DNA of 25,872 nucleotides. It comes from an uncultured Mollicutes bacterium. GTDB taxonomy: Bacteria > Bacillota_I > Bacilli_A > Acholeplasmatales > Anaeroplasmataceae. Position numbers and translations under genes: made by a program. Below, one piece after another: positions 8,419 to 20,500 of the stretch (the stretch's first letter is position 1; every line of letters starts with the position of its first letter). The stretch is taken from NCBI GenBank assembly GCA_947174685.1, contig CAMWJY010000001.1:1-25872 (forward strand). Direction: 5' to 3'. Below the pieces are notes generated by a model, which was not told the origin of the DNA, ran no database searches, and worked only from the letters and a program-made list of their open reading frames with translations.

Positions 8419-8463
8419 TTCGAGTATTTTACTTACGCGCGTATGTACATACACGCACTCGAA
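8419..8463 (+). promoter_or_regulatory. Structured, locally GC-rich element in the predicted 5' leader of the giant ORF
   Basis: Outer inverted repeat TTCGAGT (8419-8425) / ACTCGAA (8457-8463) encloses GCG-c-GTATGTACATAC-a-CGC (8437-8456), a 20-bp palindrome with one mismatched pair. No known riboswitch recognised. Confidence 0.45.
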
Positions 8464-8517
8464 GTGATGAAAAAATAATTATGTTAATTTTACATATTTC
8501 GTTATAGAAATTATTCT

Positions 8518-8524
8518 AAGGAGG
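8518..8524 (+). promoter_or_regulatory. Ribosome binding site AAGGAGG
   Basis: Consensus Shine-Dalgarno ending 9 nt before ATG 8534. Confidence 0.9.
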
Positions 8525-8533
8525 CTGTTCATT

Positions 8534-11500
8534 ATGAAAGGATCTTCAAAAAATATTTTAAGAAAAGGAATAAAGCTGATTGGTTTGCTTGCTATGATAT
8601 TGGCAATCGCCTTTATCATTCATAAGCCACTTCAAGAATCTACAGATTTTATAGACGAAGAAGAGTTTGTGCCTCAAGAGCAAACAGATAGAATAAATTT
8701 GGCAAGTACTGCTCCTAACAGCGTAACAGATACTGTTTCTAGCAGTTTGACAGATATTGTTTCTAATAGTGTGGAGTATATTGAGCCGTCATATTCTACA
8801 ACTTCATATAGTATTAGCTATAGTGGAAATACTGATGGTGTGAATACAATCACGTTAAATTATATGTATTTTAATGCATCCCCTGGAGGAAACATTCAAA
8901 TACCTTCCAATTATTATTCAGGTAATACAAATTATACAATAACACGGATTGCAACGAATTTCTATATTCGATATTCTTCATATTATTCATATTATCTTTA
9001 TCCATCAGTGGTAAAATTGCCTGCCTCTATAAGACGTATTGAAAATAATGCGTTTGCACAAAGTTACTTTAATAATACTAAATTTGACTTATCATTGTGT
9101 ACAAACTTAGAATACATTGGTACAAATGCCTTCTATACAACTTCTTCTGAAAATAATCGTAGTATTGTGCAAATAGCTGAATATATGCCAAATCTTACAG
9201 AAATTGGAGAGAATGCCTTTAGAAATGCATTTAAAGTGGAATATGATACAAACGATAGTATGAATATCATGAGCATCAAGCGTATTGGAAAGTATGCTTT
9301 TGGAAATGATACAAACACATCTTCAGGATATTCCTATACTGGTTTACGTGGTATCGTATTTGGAGATTCTTTGGAATATATGGGAGATTATGCTTTCTAC
9401 AATAACGATGGTCTAGAAGATATAAATATTCCAGCAAGTTGTCAAGCAGTTGGCGCATATGCATTTGCTAGCTGTCAGAATATGATTACTGCAACGGTAA
9501 GAACACCGAAAATTGGTACAGCTGCCTTCAAAGATGATGCATCCTTGGTTTCTGTGCGTATAAGTGATTTGACAGAAGAAATTCCTGATTATTGCTTCCA
9601 AAGCTGCAACGCTTTGAGTACAGTCACATTATATCCAAGTTATGATGATATTTCCTTAAGTACTTCTTTAACGAGAATTGGTAAGAATGCATTTAGTAAT
9701 ACAAACTTAAATACATTTACCCTTCCTCAAAATGTTACAGAAATAGGAGATTATGCTTTTGCTGATTGTCGTGGTATGATCGCATTTGATTATTCTATAG
9801 CAGTAGAAAACATGAAGTTAGGAAATGGTATCTTACAAGGCTGTTCCAATATTGAAGAAATTGTAATTCCAGGAGATTTATTTGATTCCTGTGGTATTGA
9901 TTTCTTACGAGATGCAACCTTGCTTTCTAAGGTTACTTTCTTAAAGCAAAATGTTTTAGAGCCAGGCTTCTTTGCAGGATGTGCAAATTTAACAACAATA
10001 ATCTTTGCTGCAGAAGATCCTATTACTCGTATTCCTGATGAGTATTTTAGAGATTGTGTTAAATTAAGTGAATTATCTTTTGTTGATACCACTGGTACAC
10101 ATCATGGTGAATTATCAAGAACAATTGAATCAATTGGTGCATATGCATTCTACAACACTGCTTTTCCAGAAATTACAGTTTCTAATACTGTTGACAGTGT
10201 TGGAAATTATGCATTTGCCAATATGCAATTATTAACATATGCAAGTGTGAATTCAAAAGATATCAGCTATAGAATGTTCTATGGTTGTCCATATTTAGAG
10301 ACTGTTTATATTGGCTCTAATGCTTCAAATGTAATTAAGAAAACAGAAGAGAACATAAGCTCATACGAATTTAATTATAGTACAAATGAGGAAACAATAA
10401 TAAACAAGACGGTTCAAAAAAATGCCGCTTTTGCAAGTTGTATTCGTTTAAATAATCTTACTCTAGAGTGTCCAACCCTAGGTGCTTATATGTTCGATGG
10501 ATGTCTAAGCTTAGAAGAAGTGGAATTAAAAGCGACAATTCGTAATGTAGAAACACATGCCTTTGCAAATTGTCAAGAATTAAGCAGTGTAACTTTACTT
10601 ACTAGTGCATTAGGTGAATTTATGTTCGCAAATGATACTAAGTTAAAGAATATCACCTTAAATCCAAACACAACTACAATCCCAGCACATGCTTTCTATC
10701 GTTCAAACCTAGAATCAATTTCTATCCCATCCTCTGTTACTACAGTTGGAAATTTAGCATTTGCATATTCAATATCTTTACAGTATGCAGATTTGAATTC
10801 ATGTCAAATGATTTCACCTTATATGTTCTTCAATTGTATTGCATTACAGGAAATTGAAATCCCTGCAAATGTTGGCGATAATGTTGGAGATTATGCTTTT
10901 GCTAATTGTACAAATTTAAAAAATGCAATTATTCATAATAGCAAGATTAGTAATTATATGTTCTATAATGACCCATTGCTTTGTGCGCCTTCTACAAGTC
11001 ATCAGACTTTAGTTTTAGGAAGCAATATTCAAACGGTTGGTCAACGCGCTTTTTCAAAATCTGGTGTTACAAAGGTTGAGATAGCAGCAGATCAAATCAG
11101 TAATTATATGTTTGAGGATTGTTTAAGTCTTCAAGAACTTACTATTGGAATTGATGATGGTACTGGTTCATTTGATGCACCTTCTCAAATTGGTTCTTAC
11201 GCATTTAAGGGATGTACTCATTTGAATAGTGTTACTTTAAACATTAGCAAAGTTGGTTCTCATATGTTTGATGGCTGTAATAGTCTTACTTATCTAGTCT
11301 TAGGAAAGCCTATGCAATTGATTGATGAATATGCATTCGCAAATTGTTCTAGTTTAGCAACTGTAAGTACTACAGACCTTACAAATTTAACTGAAATCAA
11401 ACAATATGCATTCGCAAATTGTATTAAATTAAATTCTTTTGTAGTTCCTGATTCTGTTACGAAATTAGGCTTAGGTGTGTTTAGCAATTGTGCAAGCCTT

Positions 11501-14500
11501 AATACTATTACCATTCCTTTTGTTGGTGAAACATTAAATGCTGCAACCACAACTCAGACTGGTTCTACTAGTACAGTATTTGGCTGGATTTTCGGTTCAA
11601 TAGCTTCAGATTCTTCTGCTAGAATTACCAGCTATTATTCAGATACTGGCAATGTTTCATATTATGTTCCAACAGGATTGAATAATGTTATCATTACCCA
11701 AGAAAAAATTGTTATTTATGGTTCATTCTATGGGTATACAATGATACAATCTATTAATATCCCACTCAATACAGAAATCATCCAATCAAAAGCTTTCTAT
11801 GGATGCGAGGGATTAACAGACTTTGTTGTTCCATCTACAGTGAAGAATATTGGTACCGAAGTATTGGCTGAATGTATTGGATTGAGACAAGCTACATTAA
11901 ATTGTAATATTATGGGAACAAAGATGTTCTTCAATTGTGTTAAACTACATACAGTTCACTTGAAAGAAGTTAAATATGTTTCAACCTCTGCATTCCAAGG
12001 CTGTGTAGCATTAGAAATAGTAGACTTGAATCAAGGCAATGGTAGCTTAGGCAATATTTGTACAACTATTTATGAAAAAGCCTTCTATGGATGTAGTAAT
12101 CTTGTTACCCTTGAATTCCCATCTACGATAACACTTATCGATTCTATGGCATTTATGGATTGTGTGAAATTATCTTTTATCACATTACCAAGCAGTTTAA
12201 CTACGTTAAAACAACAGGCATTTGCAAATTGTGATAGTTTAGTATCCATTGTAATCCCTCAGAATTTATCTGAATTAGAAGCATCAATCTTCGTTAATTG
12301 CGATAACATAAGATCTGTGTTATTTACGAATGAGATTGTTGGAGAACGTATGTTTGAGGGCTGTAATACTATTCAAACAATTGAATTACAAAGAATTAAA
12401 GAAATTAAAAAGTTTGCTTTTTCAAATTGTTCTAGTATAGAAGATTTAATTTTACCAAATACTTTAACAACTCTTGGTCAAGGTGCTTTTATGAATTGTG
12501 CATCTATAAAAGAACTTGTTGTGCCAGAATCTGTTGTTTCTGTTGATGCTAGTGTATTCCAAGGCTGTACTGATTTACTTTATGTAACACTTAAAAATAC
12601 AAAAATGGGAACAAGTATGTTTGAAAACTGTACAAGCTTAAGAAATGTAGCTTTTGGAGCTCCAGAAACAGCTCCAGCTTATGCAATTTCTTCTAGAGCT
12701 TTCTATGGATGCTTTGAATTGCTATTCCCAGAATTGCCAAAAAATATTAATGAAATTGGAAGCTGGGCATTTGCTCAATGCTATAGAAATACAATTATTA
12801 ATATTCCAAAGACGATTGGAACTATGGGAGTAGGTGTATTTTGGGATATTGATGTTGAGGAAGCTATCATACCATTCATAGGTATGAATCGTGAACCAGC
12901 ATATCTTTCATATAGTGGTAATTATGGTTATTCAAGATATGTATTAGGTTGGATATTTGGTGCATCTAATCCTAGTTTGAATCCAACTATTGTGGCTAGT
13001 GGAACAAATTATACAACTCCATCTAAGGCTTATGAATGTAAAGTAAGCTATAATAATTCATATTCTTACTACTATAAGACAGAAGCTTGGTATTTACCTA
13101 AGTCTTTAACGAAGGTAACAGTGACAGATGCAAAAACTATACCATATTTTGCTTTCTGGTCAGCAGTAAATTTGACTGATATTGTAATAGAAGATACAGT
13201 AGAAATTATTCGTGAAAGTTCAATGTATAATTGTACAAGCTTAACAAATCTAGTAGTTCCATTCATAGGACTTGAACGTGGGGCTACAGGTGTTGCAAAT
13301 ACAAGTATTTTCTATGGTAGTTCTACGATTCGTTTCCATAAGAGCAGCATTGCATCATGGTTCTTGACAATGCCTGGTGGAAGCTATAGTTCTGTAGTTT
13401 ATAATGACTATGATAAAACTTCACCAGTAACTACGGTAGTTACGAGTGAACTTTCTATGCCAGCTACGACAAATTATAGTCATCCAATTCGTTATCAAGT
13501 TCCACTTTCTTTAAAAAATGTTGTAATAAGAGATTCTAATAATAAGAATTCTAGTTCTAAAAATTCTATAGGATTAGGTGAAGCTGCATTTTATAATTGT
13601 TCAATGATAAAAAATGTTACTTTTGAAGGTCATTTAGTAGCAATTGGTAAGAATGCGTTCTATAATTCTGGCATTGATTTCATTGATATTCCTAGTACGG
13701 TTGGAACTGTTGGCGAAGGTGCTTTTTCAGGCATGAAGAGCTTAGAAAATGTTATTGTTCGTTCATCAAGTATTTCTTCAAAAATGTTTGAAGGCTCTAC
13801 TGGATTAAAGAATGTTGAGATTTTAGGAACTAATGTTTCAGTTGGTTCTGCTGCATTTAGAAATTGTACATCTTTACTATCTGTTAACTTTAATCAATCT
13901 GTAATTAGTGTAGGAGAAGAAGCGTTCGCTGGATGTACGAAGTTAGAATCCTTATACATTAATAAGATTGGCTGTATATCAAATGGTGCGCTTCTTGCTG
14001 GATCTCACAATTTTGGATATTTATTCGGTAAGACTGCTGGTACAGGATTAGTTGCAAATACTACTCAGATTTCTGAAACAGAAACTGTAGTTAGATATTT
14101 ACCACAAAATTTATCTGTATACTTTATTGGTAGCGAAATTCCTGCTTATGGTTTTGCTGGTGTTTCAAGTATTCAAATAATCGATTTAGCTGAAGGCTTA
14201 ACAAAAATTGGTGATTATGCATTTAAAAATACTACAAATTTGAAGACTATTAGAATCCCATCATCCTTTAAAACGGATGGAACAACACCTGCTGGTGGAA
14301 AGAATATTTTCGAGAATTCTGGCTTAGTAACTGTTTATTTTGGTGAAGGAATTTCTAAAATATATGAGGGAATGTTTGCAGATTGTAGTGAACTTACAAA
14401 TCTGATTTTCGAGTCAACAACTACTATATATGAATACCGCTATATTTCAAACAATATATTCGAAGAATATAAAAAGGTAGGTTATACAGGTCAATTTATT

Positions 14501-17500
14501 TCTACAAATCGCTTAATTTGTGGTGGTAGAGATTTGACTGTAGGTACTGCAGATGACATTGAAAATATTATAATTGGTGGAGATTCCAAGTATTATCTTG
14601 ATAATCAAGACGGTACTTATTATGCATATGGTAAGGATACTTTGTTAGGAACATCTGATGATGTCTTAATTGGTATGGGTAATGACCAAGTATTAGGTAG
14701 CGATGATGACTTCGTTATCGTAGAATTTGGTGGTAAAAAATATAAAGATTTCTTTGATAATACCTATTGTACTATTACTATTGTAGAAGCAGAAGATGGA
14801 CAATGGAATTATGCATTTGGAATGACAAGATATACAAGAATAAATAATGCTTTTGTTGAAATTATTTTAGATGAAAAAGACCAAGCTTACATTGCTGTTC
14901 AAGATGATCAATATATTCTTTACCGTAGTACAGGCAAGGATGGAATCATTGGTACAGAAGATGACCGAATTGTTTTCTTAGGATTAACGGGTACAGAATA
15001 TACTAACATAACTGATGCAATTATTTATGATAGTGTCTTTGTTTGGGATGGCAAATTATATTATGATTATAGAGATAATACTTATCAAGAAATTGTTGTT
15101 TCTTCTACAGATGCCAATGGCTTTAGATTAGAAGAAATCTTTGGTGCTGGTCCAGATGCAATCATTGGTACAGAAGATGATATCTCTAAGTATACATCTA
15201 TAACTTTTGATAAGATTCAATCAGATGATTCTTTAGCGGATTATGGTAAATTATTATCTACTATCGATCAGAAGGCATTACAAGAATATACATACCAACG
15301 CATTATTACTGGCGATGATGGTACACATTACATTTATTTGCCTTGGGCTTCTTATTTGAATGAGCCTTCTTATTTAGGCTGTGGTAGAGATGGTCTATTA
15401 GGTACTGACGATGATATTTTAGGCGCTACAACAAACTTTAATATTGTTGTTGAAACTCCTAAACCAGAAGAAGAAATTATCATTCCAGTTGTAAATACGA
15501 CAACCTATAGAGTTTATGAATATAGAAGATATGAAGATAACGTTATGGCAAATACAGTTAAAATAATAGAAGAAGAAGCCTTCATTAACTGTACGAGCTT
15601 AACAAATTTAGTTCTTTCTGCACAATTGGTTGAAATTCATGACAAGGCATTCTTTAATAGTGGCTTAGAAGAAATAACAGTTCCTTCTTCAGTAGAATTC
15701 CTTGGTAGACATGTATTTGCTGAAAATAAGAGTTTAGTAAATGCAGTCATTATGTGTGAAGTCATTGGAGAATATATGTTTAGTAAGGATGAAAAACTTG
15801 CAAAAGCTTCTATCGCATATAATACAAGAGAAATAAGTAAAGGTGCATTTTATGAATGTAAGTCTTTAAGAATCATTACTTTCCATTCTAATTTCATTCA
15901 AGATATTCATTATGAATTGCCAGATGGATATTTCCCTGATGGAAGTGAGCCTTCTAATGGATCACCTGATGAACCAGAGGATCCTCTGCCGGGTGAGGAC
16001 TATGTTACATTCTTAGTTCGTAGAGCTCAAAGCAGTGCTGTAACTGTTGAAAATGGATTAGATAATAAGGAAGGTACTGCAGACGATTACTATAGCTATG
16101 GTAATTATTATAAACTAATTGGTATTGACTTAGTTGCTCAAACAATGGATGATATTGTTGTATTAATTTATGATGGCGCATATTATGAAGTAGTAGGTTA
16201 TCAAAATTTAAATAAAACAATTAACCTATATCGAAAAGTGACTTATTCTGCAGGAACAAATTCATTTATTTTTGGTGATTATTTCTTAGGAAATAGCAAT
16301 GGTGAATTCTCTTTAGAAAATCAATCAGTAACATTAAATTTAATAGAGGATGCAAGTGGTAATTATTCCTATAAAGTGGGTAATTTAGTATATGATTATG
16401 GCCAAGATGGTAAGCTTGGTACTACAGATGATGTCATCACTATTACAATTGATCAAACGACCTATGTTGTAGTAGAAATTGAAGGATCATATTATACTGA
16501 ACTTGCTACAAATGTTTATTATGAAGTAGATGTTGATTCCTTAACACTTAGACTTGTTTATTATGATGGTACAAGCTTTGTAGATACAATTGCATCTATT
16601 ATGAATCAATACTATTTTGTAAATGAAAATCACACATTACAATTGATTTCTAATGGCTCTATTGAAGAAGATGTTTATATTTTAGATAATAACATTTTAG
16701 TTTCAGTAGAAGAAAAACAGCCTAATCAATTCTTTGAATTCTTAAGAGGTAACTTCTATCGTTTATGGCAATATTCCAATAATCAGTTTAGATCATCTAT
16801 TGTTTGTGTAATGGATGAAGAGTTTGAAACTTTAGAAGATGCAGTATATTTAAGAGGAAATGATACATATGCTGTCTTCCTTGGAAATGCTTTATATCAG
16901 GTTCCAGGAGCTGATGGACTTTACGGTACAGATGATGATGAATATATCATCAATGATAATCCAACAGAAAATGTTGGTGGTCTAGTTTTCGTGTATCGTT
17001 CTGATGGAAAATACTATCATTATCATAATTTCAATATTTACTTTGTATTAGATTTAGATAATTATGTTTATAGCTATGTATGTGCTGGTCTAGATGAAGA
17101 TCCAACTACTGAAAGTGATAACTTCACAAATGTTGTTATAGGAAATGACGGTAACTTCTATTTGAACAATGAAGACGGAACTTATTATACTGTAACTAAC
17201 AGCAAATTAACTGGTACAGCTTCTGATACATTGGTTTGCCCTCAGGATGCTACAACTATTGGCAATCCAACAGATTATGTATTAAGAAAATATAATGAAG
17301 AATTCTATAGAGATTATTTAGATAATACCTTTGCAAAAGTTGATTTTGTAAAGCAAGGTAATTATTGGAAGGCTCAATTATCTGATGAACGTTTTGTAGG
17401 TACAAATACAGGTGCATTAGATCCTACAATTACACCAAGAATTACAGTGGAAAATAGAAATGGATTAGTGTATATCGATAATCATGATGGTACATTTACG

Positions 17501-20500
17501 TTATTAGGTAAAGATAATCTATTTAATACTGCTGATGATACACTTCATTTATTAATGGAAAATCAAGTTGCAGATGCAGATGATCCAAAGGTTGTTAAGG
17601 GATCTTACGTAAGTCAAGGTTCATCTGAAGAAGAAACGTATTATTACTTAGATATGGGTGATAATCATAACGTATATCGTAAGTATCAGATTTCTGGAAC
17701 AGAAGGAAATTATGAATATACTGACTTAGGTTTAATTGCAGCTAACATTGATTTTAAACCAGGTAATGTAAATGATGTTACTGCTTTCTATAATGAAACT
17801 TTAAAAGCATACTATTATTTAGATTCTTCTAGTGCTAGAAGAGGCTATGGTGAAGATGGTATTCTATATGGTTCCGGAAAGAATCAAGATTCCAAATATG
17901 TCATGGCTGATGGAAACTATGTAGATGTTACAACAATCACATTAAATGGTGTGGCTAATCTATATCATATTAATGCGGATAATACATATACAAAATATAT
18001 AGAATTAGATACACCTGTTGATGGAAATACGCATAGAGTAGACGGCTATGTTTGCTTAGGAAGTGACCGTGTTCTTCAAAGCACCGATTCTACTGATGTA
18101 GTAGAAGTCATTGTTAATGGTGAAGTGCTTCATTTCTTACATATAGCAGGAATGCCAACATATATTGCTGCTGGTGAAGATGGTTTACTAGGCTTTGGCG
18201 ATGATGATATTTTATGTCATGTTGGAACTGGCGGAATAGAATTCACAGGTGAAGGCTCAGATGATATCCTTGATATCGTTGCTGGAAAAGAAGATGAATA
18301 TTATTATAAGCATGTTGCAGGAAATATTTATCAACGTATTGAAAGTGGTGTATTAGGACGTTATGTTGCAGCTGGACTTGTTTCAGGTGAATACTGTGTT
18401 GGTACAGCAAAGGATTTAGTTCAAAATACAAATGATATTCAAAACATTACTACAGATTATGTAGAATTCGATTCAAATAACTATTTACTTGCTACAGCTG
18501 ACGGAATAATTAGCTTTGAAGAAAGTCAAATGGTACATACTTCAAATATTAATGACCCAGCTACTTATGTACTTGTACATAATGGTAAGGATAATACTTA
18601 TCATACTGCTGATGACTACATTGTAGTAGATGGCATAGCAACATTCGCACAACAAGATGGATTAATTGGATCAACAGATGATTTGACAAATGTTGTTTTA
18701 GGCTTAGACGAATTACCTTATGAATATGATTCTGTTAAGGATATTTATTATACCTATACTTTATCAGTAGATAGATTTGTTGAAGCCTTTGACGGAAATT
18801 CAAATCGTATCGCTCTATATTCTTCAAATGCTGTTGGCGATAGTGAGGATAAGACTTTAACTGCTCTAACTTTAAATGGCACAACTCAATATTATTTACA
18901 AAATAATTCTACAAGCTTTTATACATATGCAACAGGTACTATATTAGAATATTTAGTTCATGTTGGCTTGAACGATGACGGAACAGCTGCCTCATTAGGA
19001 AGTGTTTATAACTATGCAATGGTTGGCAATACTGCTCACTTTGTTGGTCTAGATTTAAGAATCGGTACAAGTGATGACTTGGTTGCGTTCTTAGGAGAAA
19101 ATGATGAACGTCCATATACATATGTTGATTCTATAGATCATAACATTTATATTACATATGATTTAACAACTTATACAGAATTACCTTCCCCTACAGGCGG
19201 CAAGTATATCATTTCTGCAGGTAGTGACAGAAGAATCGGAACAGATGATGATATTGATACTGTTATTCAGGTATCTGGTCACTATTATTATACAGATATG
19301 GATGGCTTGTATTTCACATCACCTAATAATATATTAGGATATTCTGACATGAGAATGTATGTTGGCGCTGATGGTGAGATAGGTACAAAGGATGATTACT
19401 ATAATGTTACTCGTTATCTACCTGGTAACCTTGGATACAAGGCAACCTTCGTTGGACCAGATGGCTATTATAGCGGTGGTGACGATTTAATTGCAGTTCT
19501 AGGTGTAAATCAATATGCTTACTATGCACTTACAGATGCAAAGAAGAATCAATACAATAACTTATATAGACGTTATAGTATGGATGAAATGTCTTATATC
19601 TCATTAGTTGGTGATACAATTTGTGGTGGTGCAAATTGTCGTCCTGGAGATTCTGATGATATTACAGAAACTAGTGGCAAATTGGTTCACGCACAAAATG
19701 GTGATTGGTATTTGACAGTTGAAGGTAGTACAAAAGAGTATTTGAATAAGAGCTTTGATGGTTTACTTGGTACTGCAGATGATAAACACATCTTTATTGG
19801 TGAGGATGCTGAGCTTGGTACTTATGACGATTATTATTGGATTTTAATTGATAATTTCAATCGTAAGGTATTCCCAGGTACAACACCTATATTAGACAGT
19901 GATACAGATGAAGTAAAAGAGTGGAAGAGATTCCATGGTGATGACGTATTCTTTACTGAAGATGATTATTATAGTGTTCCATCTGAACAAATTGTTGAGG
20001 TTGAAAACCAAACTCCTTATTCTCTAGAAAGTATTCAGGATTATGCATTCTATAATTGTGTTTCTTTAGAGCATTTACAATTATATTCTCCTGATGATTT
20101 CAATACTTATCAAAACTTAAATACTTTAGGTTCCTATGCTTTTGCTGGATGTACTTCTTTAAAAGAAATGATTTTCCCTTATACTCTACAAGGAGATAAA
20201 TTGACATCAGCAGATGATACTGGATATGGTGAATATATATTTGAAGGCTGTACATCATTAGAGACTGTTACTTTCAATGAAACATATTTAAGCCATGCTA
20301 CCTTTATTCCTAAAGGAATGTTTAAAGGATGTATCTCTCTATCTGAATTATACTTCTATGATTCCTTAACTAAGCTTGAAATGAATCATTTCTCACCTTA
20401 TCTTGAGGAAATTAGAGAAGAAGCATTTATGAATACATGGGCTATGGATGAGGATGGCAAGCCAATTTCATCAGATCCAGAGATAGGAAGCGTTGTAATT

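Noticed and set aside
14525-19966. GxDxxxGTxDD motifs as RTX nonapeptide, FG-GAP or EF-hand repeats
   Set aside because: They do not match GGxGxDxLx tandem nonamers, FG-GAP spacing or helix-loop-helix context, and the copies are irregularly spaced.
14417-20014. Large inserts as inteins, introns or mobile elements
   Set aside because: No Hint-domain signatures (N-terminal Cys/Ser block with C-terminal His-Asn), no endonuclease or transposase motifs, no terminal inverted repeats, and the frame is seamless.
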